Positions 20,890 through 29,819 of a stretch of DNA of 64,000 nt are shown piece by piece; the stretch's first letter is position 1; every line of letters begins with the position of its first letter. The stretch lies in contig CAWIEK010000053.1 in assembly GCA_963835065.1 (NCBI GenBank), forward strand, positions 1 to 64,000, in the 5' to 3' direction. Below the pieces are notes generated by a model. The model made no database searches. It saw nothing but the letters and a program-made list of their open reading frames with translations, and was not told the origin of the DNA. The stretch is from an uncultured Chthonomonadaceae bacterium (GTDB taxonomy: Bacteria > Armatimonadota > Chthonomonadetes > Chthonomonadales > Chthonomonadaceae). The translations under genes and the position numbers were made by a program.

Positions 20890-21723
20890 GTGATCGATAC
20901 CGAGGCATCCAAAAACAAGGCGATGGCTTCCATTGTCCACGCTGGCACGATGGGATGGAGTTATGCGGATTGGGCGGGCGTATTTTATCCCGAAGGCGCG
21001 GCGTCGCGCGATTACATCACGCTGTACGCGCAAACTTTTGACACCGTAGAGATTGATTCCACTTTTTATGGGACGCCCCGCGAAACGCAGGTGAAGCAAT
21101 GGGCGCAAATCACGCCGCCGGGCTTTACGTTCTGCCCCAAAGCGCCCCGCGCGATTACCCATGATATGCGGCTTGTGGGCGTTGCGGAACCTCTGGGAGA
21201 ATTTGCGCGCGTGATGAGTCTGCTTGGCGCGAAATGCGGCCCCATTCTGCTGCAAATGCCGCCCGATTTCACCCGGCAGGAACTCGCCAATCTGCGCGAG
21301 TTCCTGCCCACGCTACGCCAAATCAGCCCTGCTGATCTCCGCTTCGCAATCGAATTTCGGCATCGTTCCCTGCTTGCGCCCGATGTATCACAATTGCTGC
21401 GCGAATACAACGTCGCCCTCGCGCTCACCGATTACGTTTCCATGCCCCGTCGCTTTGAACTCACCACCGACTTCCTGTACCTGCGCCTGATTGGACAGCA
21501 CGGAACTTACCCCCACCACGACAAACGCTACGGCGACCACACCCACGACATGCAAACCTGGGCCGACGCCATCCGCGCGCATCAATCCAATCTCAAGGCA
21601 GCCTATATCCAGTGCAACAACGATTACGAAGGCTACTCCCCCGACACCGCTTCCCGCTTCCTGCAAATGCTCGGCCTGCCCGTCCGCCCTGTTCCCGCTT
21701 CCGTGCAAGGCAGCCTTTTCTGA
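20890..21723 (+). CDS. DUF72 domain protein
   Basis: GTMGWSYADW, VEIDSTFYGTP, ITH, LLQMPP, AIEFRH, YLRLIG, NNDYEG. Confidence 0.92.
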   Translation: MIDTEASKNKAMASIVHAGTMGWSYADWAGVFYPEGAASRDYITLYAQTFDTVEIDSTFYGTPRETQVKQWAQITPPGFTFCPKAPRAITHDMRLVGVAEPLGEFARVMSLLGAKCGPILLQMPPDFTRQELANLREFLPTLRQISPADLRFAIEFRHRSLLAPDVSQLLREYNVALALTDYVSMPRRFELTTDFLYLRLIGQHGTYPHHDKRYGDHTHDMQTWADAIRAHQSNLKAAYIQCNNDYEGYSPDTASRFLQMLGLPVRPVPASVQGSLF

Positions 21724-21733
21724 CGACAGATTA

Positions 21734-21876
21734 AACCACGGAGAACACGGAGGACACGGAGAGTGAAGAGGAAAATACTTACCACGGATGAAACGGATAA
21801 CGCGGATTAACACGGATAAAGAGACGCCTTATGATTTGATCCGCGCTTATCTGTTCCATCCGTGTCCTCCGTGGTT
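21734..21876. repeat. Nested palindromic element A (CACGGAGRA outer arms, CACGGAT-type inner arms)
   Basis: AACCACGGAGAACACGGAGGACACGG ... CGCGGAT ... ATCCGCG ... CCGTGTCCTCCGTGGTT. Confidence 0.85.
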
Positions 21877-22809
21877 CTATTCTTTTCCTCGCAGTGTGAA
21901 GTGGTCCAAAATCGTGCCGTTGGCGCGCAGGGCGGTGATTGTTACCTGCGCGCCGTTGACATCGCAGACGACGGCGTTGTTCACGCTTTCATAACGGTCA
22001 CCGGCAATCGCGCCTTTTTTCGGGTTGACCGGGTACAGGGGAGCGCCGCCGCCGCCCGTGACAAGGTACGTCACGCCATCACGCCGGGTGCGGTAATAGT
22101 TATGGTCATGGCCGTTGAACACAATGTCTACGCCGTAGCGGATGAACAGCGGACACAATTGCCGCCGGACTTCGCGGTCGCTGCCGTGCGAGCCGATGGA
22201 ATACGGCGGCACGTGGAAAAACACGAAAATGTGCGCGGGATGCGTTTGGCGCGTGTTCTCCAGATCGCCGCGCAGCCATTTGTACTGCGCGCTTCCCTCG
22301 GCATACGCGGTCGCCTCGTCTACGGCAAGGCAGATGAAATGGCAGTTGCCTTTGTCGAACGAGTAGTATAGTTTGTTGCCGGATGTGAAAGGCGTTGTGA
22401 CCCGCGCTTCATATCCCGGCCCGCCCAGATCGTGGTTGCCGCGCGTCGGGTAGAACGGCACGGACTTGCGCGCTTCGCCCGTGATGCTGTCATAGATTTG
22501 CCACAGGCTGCGATTGCTGCCGTCATGGACTAAATCGCCCGTTTGCAGAATAAACTCAGGCTTCTGCTTCAGCAGCAGCGCCAATACTTTGCGGTGCATC
22601 GCGTGTCCGTCCCGCGTATCGCCATACACGCCGAAATGCAGGCGCGGGGGCGTGTTTTCCTCACTCCCATCCGCTTGCAACGCATACGCCCGCTTGTCTG
22701 CCAACGGGCTGTCGGCGGCAAGCCGACTTTGCGCGCCCATGAGCAACAGCAGCAGTCCCGCGAACCATAAAAGCAAAGGAACGCGCGAATCTCTTCCAGC
22801 AAATCTCAC
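21877..22809 (-). CDS. Secreted metallophosphoesterase (calcineurin-like / purple acid phosphatase-like)
   Basis: YGDTR, TGDLV, GNHD, FHVPPY, NGHDHNY, TGGGG. Confidence 0.9.
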   Translation of the reverse strand: MRFAGRDSRVPLLLWFAGLLLLLMGAQSRLAADSPLADKRAYALQADGSEENTPPRLHFGVYGDTRDGHAMHRKVLALLLKQKPEFILQTGDLVHDGSNRSLWQIYDSITGEARKSVPFYPTRGNHDLGGPGYEARVTTPFTSGNKLYYSFDKGNCHFICLAVDEATAYAEGSAQYKWLRGDLENTRQTHPAHIFVFFHVPPYSIGSHGSDREVRRQLCPLFIRYGVDIVFNGHDHNYYRTRRDGVTYLVTGGGGAPLYPVNPKKGAIAGDRYESVNNAVVCDVNGAQVTITALRANGTILDHFTLRGKE

Positions 22810-22983
22810 CGTTTTCTCCCTTCGAGAACACCACGTATGCTATAGGGGCAGGATGTGAGCCGCGCTTGCGGCAACATTCTCGTGGCTGAGGCCGCAGGCT
22901 AAACGTGGAATGCGAACTTCTCCTGAAAGCGGCGCGTATGAAACAAGCAGCCGCCGCAGAGTTGTTTCAGGAGAATGTTTTCA

Positions 22984-24548
22984 TGCTAAACGAAGCCCCC
23001 GTCCGCGCCCCGCAATTGCCTGCCGACCCTGCCGCGTGGCTCAACACGGAGGGCAGAGCGCTGTCGTTGCCGGCCCTGCGCGGCTGCGTGGTTTTGCTTG
23101 ACTTCTGGACGTATGGCTGTATCAACTGCCTGCATGTCCTGCCTGACCTCAAGTATCTGGAATCTAAATACGCGGACAGGCCCTTTGTTGTTGTCGGCGT
23201 CCATTCCGGCAAGTTCGATAACGAGCGGCAGCGCGACAACATCCAAAGCGCCCTGCTGCGCCATGACATTCGCCACCCGGTTGTTTGCGATAACGATCAC
23301 CGCGTCTGGCAGGAGTACGATGTCCATGCCTGGCCGACATTGGGCGTCATTGACCCGGAAGGCTACTATCTTGGCAGCGTGTCCGGGGAAGGGCATCGGG
23401 ACGAACTGGATCAGATTATCGGGCAACTGCTGACCGGCCTTGCCGCCAAAACTCCAATAGGCAAGAACCTTCCCGGCCAAGTAGGTTCACATAACTTTAC
23501 CAGAGAACAATCCAAAGAACATTCCAAAGCCCCCCTCCCGGAACAAACGGTTTCTGCTCCTGCGTCCCTGCGGTTTCCCGGCAAAATCGTAGCGGACGGG
23601 ATCGGGCAGCGCTTGTTTGTTGCCGACAGCGGACACCATCAGATCATCGTTTGCAGTCTGGACGGCAGCCATGCGCGTTCCATCGGCAGAAGTGAAGCGG
23701 GATGGACGGACGGAAACTGGCAGGAAGCCCGCTTCAGCTTTCCGCAGGGAATGGCGTTGGTGGGGGATGCGCTGTACGTATGCGACTGCGACAATCATCT
23801 GCTGCGCCGCGTAGATTTGGCGCTTGAGACGGTGACAACGGTTGCCGGCACGGGCGCGCAAAGCCAGGCGCGAACGCCGGGAGGGCCGGGAACGACGACG
23901 CCCCTTTCGTCTCCGTGGGACGTGTGTTACCACCAATCACAGGAAGGGCTATTAACGCTGGCGCTTGCGGGCATTCACCAATTGTGGCGCTACGATTTGC
24001 GGACGGGGGAAGTTCTGCCGTATGCGGGCAATGGGCGCGAAGCCCGCATAGATGGGGCCTTGAGGGCCACCTCGTTCGCGCAGCCGAGTGGCCTTGCAAT
24101 GGAGGAACGCGCCCTGTACATCGCCGACAGCGAAAGCAGCAGCCTGCGCCGTATTCTCGTTTCTCCCGATACCGGCGCGGAAATCGTGGAAACCGCAACG
24201 GGCGGCGACTTGTATGCGTGGGGCGACGTGGATGGAACGGGTGACAGCGCGTGTTTGCAGCATCCGCTCGGCGTGTGCGCGTATCGCGGCGCGGTTTATA
24301 TTGCCGACACCTACAACCACAAAATCAAGGTTTTCGATCCCCTTGCGAACAGCCTGCGAACGCTGGCGGGAACGGGCAAGCCGGGACTGGCAAACGGCTT
24401 CGGCGACGCGGCGCAGTTTTGCGAACCGGGCGGATTGAGCGCGGCCAACGGTTTCCTTTATATCGCGGACACGAACAACCACTGCGTCCGCCTGCTCGAT
24501 CTGGACACAAACATCGTGTCCACGCTGGACATCTATTCCGAAGGTTAG
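22984..24548 (+). CDS. Thioredoxin-like + NHL-repeat protein (NHLRC2-like); start may be 22938
   Basis: LDFWTYGCINC, GVHSGKF, AWPT, SGEGH; multiple NHL repeats (LYIADTNNH, QHPLGV). Confidence 0.9.
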
Positions 24549-24651
24549 ACAAAAACATGTTCGATCTTTTTAGGAACAATTCTCAGACCGCTGAAACGTT
24601 ATATAACCAGCGCATGTCCTCCTTTTCATAGAAGTCCATTAAGAAATGATG

Positions 24652-24697
24652 GAGCCTGTATCAAAGTTCTCAGGAACTTCGATACAGGTTTCTTTTT
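24652..24697 (+). terminator. Rho-independent terminator
   Basis: GAGCCTGTATCAAAGTT-ctcagg-AACTTCGATACAGGTTTC-TTTTT. Confidence 0.75.
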
Positions 24698-24741
24698 GCC
24701 TGCCCTATTCTCCTTCCTTCTTGTCTCCTGCTTCGCTGCAA

Positions 24742-24796
24742 TTTAATCTAATCTTAATTTCCGCTTAATTTATCCTTAACCTTGCTCCGGCATACT
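24742..24796 (+). promoter_or_regulatory. Four YTTAAYYT boxes at 11-bp period (Pho-box/OmpR-family-like) followed by a candidate -10 CATACT
   Basis: TTTAATCT, CTTAATTT, CTTAATTT, CTTAACCT with TTAA at 24743, 24754, 24765, 24776; CATACT at 24791. Confidence 0.6.
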
Positions 24797-25051
24797 GAAG
24801 GCGTTCGTGAAAACAATTACTGACGCGCGAGTCGGAATGGAAGGGGCAGGGAACGAGCCGGAACTTTTTTCTTGCCCCGCAAAGCCTGTCCGCGATTTCT
24901 GCGGCCTTTCCCACCATTGGCACAACCTTGCGCGTCCTTCCTGCCAACACGCAGAGATTATCGCTTTCACACGCGACTCACGCAGGAATTTGCATGTTTG
25001 CTTGCCTGCCATTTTACGGTCTGTTGCAGGACACTCTCGAAAGGACGTTCC

Positions 25052-26008
25052 ATGCCACTTTCTTACCCAACGCCCAATGCCCAACACCCAACACCCAATA
25101 CAGGGAACAGGGAACAGGAAACAGGGAACAGAAGAAACTCAATCGAAAATCGAAAATCGAAAATCGAAAATCCCTCAGCCCTCAACCGGGCTTTCACCCT
25201 GATTGAACTGCTCGTAGTTATCGCCATCATCGCTATTCTTGCCGCTATTCTGTTCCCTGTTTTTGCCCAGGCGCGCGAATCGGCGCGGCGCACAAGCTGC
25301 CTGAGCAACATGAAGCAAATGAGCGTCTCGACCATGATGTACGTGCAGGATTTTGATGAGACATTCCCCATTGTTTACACCTCCCCGTGCAGCCACGCCG
25401 AGTACGTTCTGCTGTATCCCTACATGAAGAACCTCAACATCATGCAGTGCCCGGATGGGGGCACAACCGGCGGCTCGATTCCCGGCTGCGCCGTGACTGC
25501 CGGAGAAATCCCGGCGCAATCCGCCACCTTCCACACCCACTACGGCTACAACTGGGGTCCGCTGATTTATGCGGGCGGCGGGCTGCATGGGCCGGTGCAG
25601 AACGCGCCGCAGGGCGGCACGTTTCAGGACGGCAAATCTATCGCCGCGCTGGTCGCGCCCGCCGATGTGTTCGTGTATGGCGACAGCTACGATACCTATC
25701 GCCCGACAATGGGCATGGACTGGACGCTGGACTCCTACCCCGCTGCGACGGGAACGCAGGGCAGCATCCGGCACGGCGGCAAGTGGCAAATGGCGTTTGC
25801 CGACGGCCACGCCAAAATGGTGCAGTTCCGGGGCGGCGTGGTGGGAACCCACAAGTATGGCATTCCGCGCAAGCAGGAAGACTGGCCCAAATACTGCGCC
25901 AATCCCGACGAAATCATTGACCTCGGCCCCTCCTATGGACAGCCCAAGACCAGGTGCGGCGACATCGGCGCGTTGGTGAATTCCAAAATCACCTACTGGC
26001 CGGAATAA
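25052..26008 (+). CDS. Prepilin-type N-terminal cleavage/methylation protein (DUF1559-like, H-X9-DG)
   Basis: [31 protein letters not shown]...CLSNMKQ...[31 protein letters not shown] before ATG 25052. Confidence 0.92.
   Translation: MPLSYPTPNAQHPTPNTGNREQETGNRRNSIENRKSKIENPSALNRAFTLIELLVVIAIIAILAAILFPVFAQARESARRTSCLSNMKQMSVSTMMYVQDFDETFPIVYTSPCSHAEYVLLYPYMKNLNIMQCPDGGTTGGSIPGCAVTAGEIPAQSATFHTHYGYNWGPLIYAGGGLHGPVQNAPQGGTFQDGKSIAALVAPADVFVYGDSYDTYRPTMGMDWTLDSYPAATGTQGSIRHGGKWQMAFADGHAKMVQFRGGVVGTHKYGIPRKQEDWPKYCANPDEIIDLGPSYGQPKTRCGDIGALVNSKITYWPE
25066..25184 (+). repeat. Compound array of 17 in-register heptamers encoding the prepilin leader
   Basis: CCCAAYR x5, CAGRRRA x5, AACTCAA, TCGAAAA x4, KCCCTCA x2. 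Confidence 0.92.
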
Positions 26009-26076
26009 TACAATCTCGGAAGAACATAATCATAATAGACACGCGCTGTTCCAAAACTAACAGAAAGGTTTCCACG

Positions 26077-26334
26077 ATGACACTTCGTAAACACGCGCTC
26101 CTCGCGCTTTCCGCCTGCGCCCTCATGGGCGTTCTGCTGCTCCCCGGCTGCGGCGGCAAAGCCAATGACGAAACGCCCGCTCCCACCAAAGACGCCATGA
26201 AAGCCAGCCGCGAAGGGGGAGACGCGGGCACAACCGGCGCAACGACGACGCCCGCCGCGAATGGCGCTTCCACTCCGTCCGGCGGCGGTTCCCTCGCCAA
26301 CCCGCAGGCTCCGGGCGGCGGCAGCGGCAAGTAA
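26077..26334 (+). CDS. Small low-complexity lipoprotein
   Basis: MTLRKH + hydrophobic stretch + lipobox LPGC; AAAGG RBS. Confidence 0.8.
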   Translation: MTLRKHALLALSACALMGVLLLPGCGGKANDETPAPTKDAMKASREGGDAGTTGATTTPAANGASTPSGGGSLANPQAPGGGSGK

Positions 26335-26344
26335 CTGAAGCCGC

Positions 26345-26390
26345 GAAGCCGGTCTTTCCCAATGATGTGAAAAGATCGGCTTCTTCATGT
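26345..26390. terminator. Stem-loop, probable terminator between convergent genes
   Basis: GAAGCCGGTCTTT...AAAGATCGGCTTC-TTCATGTT; weak U-tract. Confidence 0.55.
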
Positions 26391-26516
26391 TCCAATTTAG
26401 AGACTATCCCAATTGGCGCGGCATTTGCGTCCGCAGGACGCTTGTACTTTCCTGCCGGGGATTTTCAATCCCCGGCCAAGCGGGATAGCTTCTAAGCAAA
26501 TTCGTCAAGCAGATTG

Positions 26517-27236
26517 CTACAACGCCTCTACAAATCTATCGAACAACTTCTGCGAGGCCACATCATGTGCGGCGGTTTCTTCGGGGTGGAACTGAACGCC
26601 CAACACGTACCGATGCCTGCCACTTTCCACCGCTTCAATCACCGTGTCGGAAGCCGTTGCCGTAACAATGAGTGGTTCAGCCACATCGCGTAATGCTTGA
26701 TGATGGAAACTGTTCACGCGCATGGTTTTGCCGCCCACAATATCGGCAATGCGCGTATGGGGTTCAATGGCAATAGCATGGCAGGTTTCGTGCCGCGCCA
26801 GATCGTGCTTGTCCTGCGCATGAATTATTTCTGACGCCAACTCCGACGGCAAATCCTGATACAGCGTACCGCCCAATGCGACATTGAGCGCTTGTATGCC
26901 CCGGCAAATCGCAAAAATCGGCACGTCCTGTTCCAGCGCCGCCCGAATCAACGGCATCTCCGTCGCGTCCCGGTCATGGTCTACGTCGCCCAAAAACTCG
27001 TGCGGGTCGTGCCCATAGTGGTCGGGATGCACGTCCACGCCGCCCGACAGCAGCAGGCCGTCCACCACGCCCAGATACCGCGCGATCACTTCCGGCTCCC
27101 GCGTCACCGGCAGTATCAACGGGACGCCGCCCGCCCGCTCGATTGCCCACACATACGCGCGATTAAGCGTCTGCCGCGCCCCGGCCTTTCCCTTGGCCGC
27201 GCTCGTGCTGCACGTAATCCCTACAATCTTCTGCAT
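26517..27236 (-). CDS. Peptidase C26 / gamma-glutamyl-gamma-aminobutyrate hydrolase family (class I GATase)
   Basis: GLLLSGGVDV, AICRGIQ, GGTLYQD, VNSFHHQA, GVQFHPE. Confidence 0.93.
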   Translation of the reverse strand: MQKIVGITCSTSAAKGKAGARQTLNRAYVWAIERAGGVPLILPVTREPEVIARYLGVVDGLLLSGGVDVHPDHYGHDPHEFLGDVDHDRDATEMPLIRAALEQDVPIFAICRGIQALNVALGGTLYQDLPSELASEIIHAQDKHDLARHETCHAIAIEPHTRIADIVGGKTMRVNSFHHQALRDVAEPLIVTATASDTVIEAVESGRHRYVLGVQFHPEETAAHDVASQKLFDRFVEAL

Positions 27237-27251
27237 GATAATTAATCCTTC

Positions 27252-27553
27252 GAACCACGGGGAACACGGGGAACACGGGGAGGAAAAGGGAATACGAGGA
27301 GGGGAACCGCGAAACACACGAACCAAACGAAAGAAAGACAAAAAACAGAGAAAATAGACAGGATTAACGGGATTTTCAGGATTAAACAGGATTACAAACA
27401 ACAAGGGCAGCCTGTCTCGTTCTGCTAAACTCCGGCAATGATCTGTGGACACTTCTTTTTGGCTTCTTTTCGTTTATTTCGTGTCTTTCGCGGTTCCTTG
27501 TCTCCTCTTCTCTCCCTATCTCCTCCCCGTGTCCCCCGTGTTCCCCGTGGTTC
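27252..27553. repeat. Nested palindromic element B
   Basis: Outer GAACCACGGGGAACACGGGG / CCCCGTGTTCCCCGTGGTTC; inner GGAACCGCGAAACACACGAA / TTCGTGTCTTTCGCGGTTCC; core GACAGGATTAACGGGATTTTCAGGATT. Confidence 0.9.
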
Positions 27554-28442
27554 ATTCGTTTTCTTGGATGGCCGGGATGGGCGGCGGCGATTGGTAGATG
27601 GCGTCTTTGTACAGGGGGCGATGGCGGCGGAGCCACCAGATCGCGCTGACGGCTAAGACCATTTGCAGGACACTGACGATGTGCGTGTCCGTGATATGCA
27701 GTTGGGGAATGGCATACGTGGAGGTTGCGCCCGCCCGGAAATACTCGACCACAAAGCGATAAAACCCGTACAGGCCGATGTAGCCAAAAAACAAGTCGCC
27801 GTCTACGCGCCGCCGCTTTTCCCATTGCGCCATGAGGACAAAGAAGAGCAGGTTGAACGCGGTGGCGTAAAGCTGTACGGGATGGCTTGGCGGCGTGAGA
27901 ACAGTGGCGGATGTGATTGCGCCTGCGTCATGGGCGTAGCGCTCGTCGGGAAACACGCTGGCCCAGGGCAGATGGGAGTCACACGCGCCGCCGTAACAGC
28001 AGCCATTAAGGTAGCACCCGATGCGCCCTATGGCGTAGGCGAGCGCCCACGAAGTCGCGCACAGGTCGCCGATTTGCAGGGTCGGGGCTTTCTTTGCGCG
28101 GCAGGCCACGAGCATGTACATAATGCCGAAGAACATGCCGCCGTGCAGCGACAGCCCGCCCTCCCAAAACTTCAAGGCTTCGACGGGACGCGCGGAAAAA
28201 CTGTGCCAGTCCAGCAACACGAACGTCAGCCGCGCGCCCAAAATGCCCACGACAAAGCCCCAGAACCCGACATCAAACAGCGTGTCGGGATGGATGCGGC
28301 GCAAGGACCCAGCAGGTTCCGTGCGCCAGCGCCGCTCAGCCACGCGCAGCCCCCGCCAGATGCCCAGCATCAGGCCGATAACAATCAGCGCGCCATAGGA
28401 GCGCACGGGCAAACTTCCTATGTGAAACAAAATTGGGTGCAT
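27552..28442 (-). CDS. lgt: Prolipoprotein diacylglyceryl transferase
   Basis: MHPILF, SYG, GILGARL, WEGGLSLHGG, IGRIGCYLNGCCYG, HPVQLY, YRFVVEYFR. Confidence 0.95.
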   Translation of the reverse strand: MHPILFHIGSLPVRSYGALIVIGLMLGIWRGLRVAERRWRTEPAGSLRRIHPDTLFDVGFWGFVVGILGARLTFVLLDWHSFSARPVEALKFWEGGLSLHGGMFFGIMYMLVACRAKKAPTLQIGDLCATSWALAYAIGRIGCYLNGCCYGGACDSHLPWASVFPDERYAHDAGAITSATVLTPPSHPVQLYATAFNLLFFVLMAQWEKRRRVDGDLFFGYIGLYGFYRFVVEYFRAGATSTYAIPQLHITDTHIVSVLQMVLAVSAIWWLRRHRPLYKDAIYQSPPPIPAIQENE

Positions 28443-28453
28443 GGTGTACTTCT

Positions 28454-28571
28454 AGGCATCAGGCATTAGGCATTAGGCATTAGGAACATGCCTTATAGAA
28501 GGTGGCTCATGCGGCTAGAAAAACTTGACCGGGAGTACCCCTAGTGCCTGATGCCTAATGCCTAATGCCTT
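28454..28571. repeat. Inverted pair of GGCATTA heptamer arrays between lspA and lgt
   Basis: AGGCATCAGGCATTAGGCATTAGGCATTAGG ... TGCCTGATGCCTAATGCCTAATGCCT; supplies the lspA stop (EEGIRH*). Confidence 0.88.
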
Positions 28572-29124
28572 CCTCACGCGACGTTCTTACGAAATGCAGC
28601 AGCAGCAGGATAATGCCAACCGTGATGGCGGAGTCTGCTACGTTGAAAATCGGCCAGTGAATGATGTTGACGTTAAAGAAATCTATGACGGAGCCGAAGC
28701 GCAGGCGATCCAGCAGATTGCCCAACGCGCCGCCCAACGCCAGCGCAAAGGCCGTGCCGACAAACAATTCGATCTGCTGCATCCGGTGATACGCGATCAG
28801 CAGAGCGACAATGGCGACGGCGGCAAACAGGATGAACAGCATACCGTTGTGCGGCATGACTCCCCACGCCCCGCCCTGATTATGCGCCAGCGTCAGCAGA
28901 AAAGCGTTGCCGAAAATGGGACGTTCGCCTCCCATCGGCGGCAGCGTCTTCATTACCCACATTTTGCTCAGTTGGTCGCTGACGAAAACGAGCGCGACAA
29001 TCAGGTAAAACATGGACGGGCGCAGGGCGCGTATAGGCGTATGGGCGGTTGACGCAGAGCCGGCAGTTTCCGCCGAAGGAACGGCATCCATCATAGTTAA
29101 ATCATCCGTCGAATTGGGTTGCAA
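28555..29124 (-). CDS. lspA: Lipoprotein signal peptidase II (start uncertain)
   Basis: DQLSK, NQGGAWG, GGALGNLLDR, VIDF, WPIFNVADSAI. Confidence 0.95.
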   Translation of the reverse strand: MQPNSTDDLTMMDAVPSAETAGSASTAHTPIRALRPSMFYLIVALVFVSDQLSKMWVMKTLPPMGGERPIFGNAFLLTLAHNQGGAWGVMPHNGMLFILFAAVAIVALLIAYHRMQQIELFVGTAFALALGGALGNLLDRLRFGSVIDFFNVNIIHWPIFNVADSAITVGIILLLLHFVRTSREEGIRH

Positions 29125-29144
29125 GGTCGTCGTATTCGGTTCTA

Positions 29145-29555
29145 TTAGTTTTCCGTCGGGTAGCCGGTGTCGAGCATGTTTCCCGCCGCTTCCACTGTCA
29201 TGCTTGCCCAGGGCAGGTCGCGCAGGCGTTCAATGGGAATCGGCTTACCGGTCACGATGCAGATGCCATACGTGCCATTGGCGATGCGCTCCAATGCGGC
29301 GTTAATCTCGCCAATTTGCGCCCGCACTTCCACATCCTGCGCCCTGTCTCGGTCACGGTCGGACAGAGCGGCTCCAATATCGGCGGGTTCATTGAAGTCG
29401 GCAGTGGCGAGTTCATTTTCGGATACGTCCCGCGCTTCCTCTTCCATATCCGCGCGCTGCCGGTGGTGCAAATCCGTCAGGCGGACGCGCTCGTCCTCCA
29501 GCAGTTTGCGAAACTCTTCTACGTCAATGTCGGTGCGTTGGGCTGTCGCGGCCAT
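29145..29555 (-). CDS. TraR/DksA-family regulator (single-Cys variant)
   Basis: ALERIANGTYGICIVTGKPIPIERLRDLPWA; GAGGAGG RBS before ATG 29555. Confidence 0.88.
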   Translation of the reverse strand: MAATAQRTDIDVEEFRKLLEDERVRLTDLHHRQRADMEEEARDVSENELATADFNEPADIGAALSDRDRDRAQDVEVRAQIGEINAALERIANGTYGICIVTGKPIPIERLRDLPWASMTVEAAGNMLDTGYPTEN

Positions 29556-29666
29556 AACCGCCTCCTCATGTTCAAAATTCTCAAACTCTTGTATTCCATT
29601 TGAAGTTCGTGTACCTACAGTATACATCATAGATTCATCCGGCACACGTCCCTGTAAGCCTGCCGT

Positions 29667-29810
29667 GTTGTGGCGACGCACTGAAGTGCTTCGCTGTATG
29701 GCGTTCCGCCGACTGTCCTTCGGACAGAATACTCTTATAACTGAATAGCGTGTCCGAAGGACACTGGGCCGCAGGCCCTACAGCGAAGCACTTCAGTGCG
29801 TCGCCACAAC
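29667..29810. repeat. REP/REPIN-like palindrome: perfect 32-bp inverted repeat enclosing an inverted 13-bp cUUCGg hairpin pair
   Basis: GTTGTGGCGACGCACTGAAGTGCTTCGCTGTA (29667-29698) and its exact reverse complement (29779-29810); TGTCCTTCGGACA (29714-26) / TGTCCGAAGGACA (29751-63). Confidence 0.9.
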
Positions 29811-29819
29811 GCGGGAGCG

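Noticed and set aside
24800..25050. c-di-GMP-I or other riboswitch in the prepilin 5' region (GCAAAGCC present, some long-range pairing)
   Set aside because: Other conserved elements of the motif are not visible; an Rfam search would be needed.
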